From Lingula anatina (Eukaryota; Animalia; Brachiopoda): DNA of 64,000 nucleotides. Within the stretch, counting starts at the first letter, position 1. Each line of letters opens with the position of its first letter. The stretch covers positions 19,406,001-19,470,000 of the forward strand of contig CM120642.1 of the NCBI GenBank assembly GCA_051362555.1, read 5' to 3'. Made by a program: the position numbers and the translations under genes. The notes below the pieces were generated by a model that saw only the letters and a program-made list of their open reading frames with translations, was not told the origin of the DNA and ran no database searches. Below are positions 62,730 through 64,000 of the stretch, piece after piece.

Positions 62730-64000
62730 CATATGGGGGTGGTCGGCTCATGCCCTAGTTAGATTCCACTTTACCAAAATAACACGATTCAGAAATGGGC
62801 CTCCGAGGACGTGTATTTTGACAGCGCCCCTTGCATAGTTGAGAGCGACTTTTAGAGTGTGTTAGGCTTCTCGCCTTTATTATAAGGAAAGATCGTCTCT
62901 GATAGGAAGGTAGGTGTCTCACCTACATAGTAGGCCCATGAGATTTATAGATACTGATCTACATAGGGTGCCCTGAAAAGGGCATTTCGTGATTGGCACG
63001 CCTGTCGAGGGAAGGGGAAGGGTGGACAGGTGTTTGGGGGTGGTCGGCTCATGCCTTTGTTTAACTACCTCTAATCAAAATAACACAATCCAAGGCTGGG
63101 CCCCTGGGGACGTGTGTATTGACAGCGCCACTAGTTAAAAGCTTAGAGATTGTTTGTTGGACGCTCGGGATTGAGAATTGATGCTCTAATTCCCTTGGAT
63201 TTTCCTCCGTTACGCTTGTGTAAAGGAGTGATTTGATATATCAGTTTATAGTTATATCTGACGGATTGAGTGTGCGTAGCCGTGTACAGTGTACTGTGTG
63301 AGGCGTCTCACTTCAGCGTGGTGTAGAAAGAGGCGTCTCACCTCTGTATGAAAGTGACCAGAGAAGGTTTGTACGAGAGACGTACAGCCTGGAGGGGGGA
63401 GGGGGTGGACTGGTTGCAGAAAGCGCTTTTCGATCAACAAGTGACCTTCATCAGCTGCAGAGTCCGAAAAAAGGGGGGGGGGGGTGAGGGGGTGGTCAGT
63501 GCTGTATAGCAGCAAATGGTTTTCCCCAGGTGGAGAGAACCAGGTTCTCATCAAAGGTGTCTTGCCTTTGTGAGTGTGTGTCTGCTTACGCAGATTGTAA
63601 GTGCACTTTTGTGCGAGGACGTCTCGTCCTTACAAAGGTGTCTCGTCTTTGTATGTGTGTATTTGCTAGGCAGATCACAGTGAGAGAGTACGTTCACAAG
63701 TGTCCCGCTTGGCGATATAGTGAATCCACGAAAGTATCTCGCTTAGGTGGAGGTGTTGCTTACTGACAGCGGCACAGTTAGGTGGTGAGGACAGTCACCT
63801 GCGTGTCACTAATGTGAACCAAGGAGTTCTGACAACGACGTGTTGATTGCTCAATGGTCGAAGTAGAACTGATTTTGCAGGTTGCCCTCTGGTTACTAAA
63901 TAGTCTAGGGCGTCCGTTGATTGGTCGACACTCACGGTCTTTTCTGATTGGATGAAATTTATTTGGAGATTAGGATTCGAGGTGTGAGGTTATCCTCTAG
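62730..64000. mobile_element. GC-richer repeat-like block, possibly a retroelement terminal region
   Basis: Abrupt compositional change. ~95-bp direct repeat at 62736 and 63037. No coding motif recognised. Runs off the window. Confidence 0.3.

Noticed and set aside
1-64000. tRNA, rRNA, snRNA or prokaryotic/phage systems
   Set aside because: No recognisable RNA gene motifs or operon-like ORF density. An Infernal or tRNAscan run was not possible.

Overview
AT-rich, repeat-dense eukaryotic (invertebrate animal, probably lophotrochozoan-like) genomic DNA, built from about 2.1 copies of a ~29-31 kb tandem unit. The only intact host genes are two minus-strand paralogues, each with three coding exons (604 aa and 606 aa, ~82% identical by hand count). 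They encode a secreted, Cys-rich protein with a somatomedin-B-like motif and a GPI-anchor-like C-terminus. It resembles the ectodomain of invertebrate adhesion/Methuselah-like GPCRs but has no 7TM region. Each unit starts with a complex ~0.4-1.4 kb tandem array. Its monomer reads as a heavily decayed Kolobok transposase (minus strand) facing a KolX-like remnant (plus strand). The rest is layered transposon debris: Tc1/mariner relics, an intron-containing PIF/Harbinger, LINE fragments, Helentron-type, piggyBac-type and other MITEs, and minisatellites. Comparing the units reveals empty sites, an apparently MITE-bounded inversion, and a site hit independently by two different Harbinger-type elements. 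All family assignments come from motif recognition by eye, not database searches.
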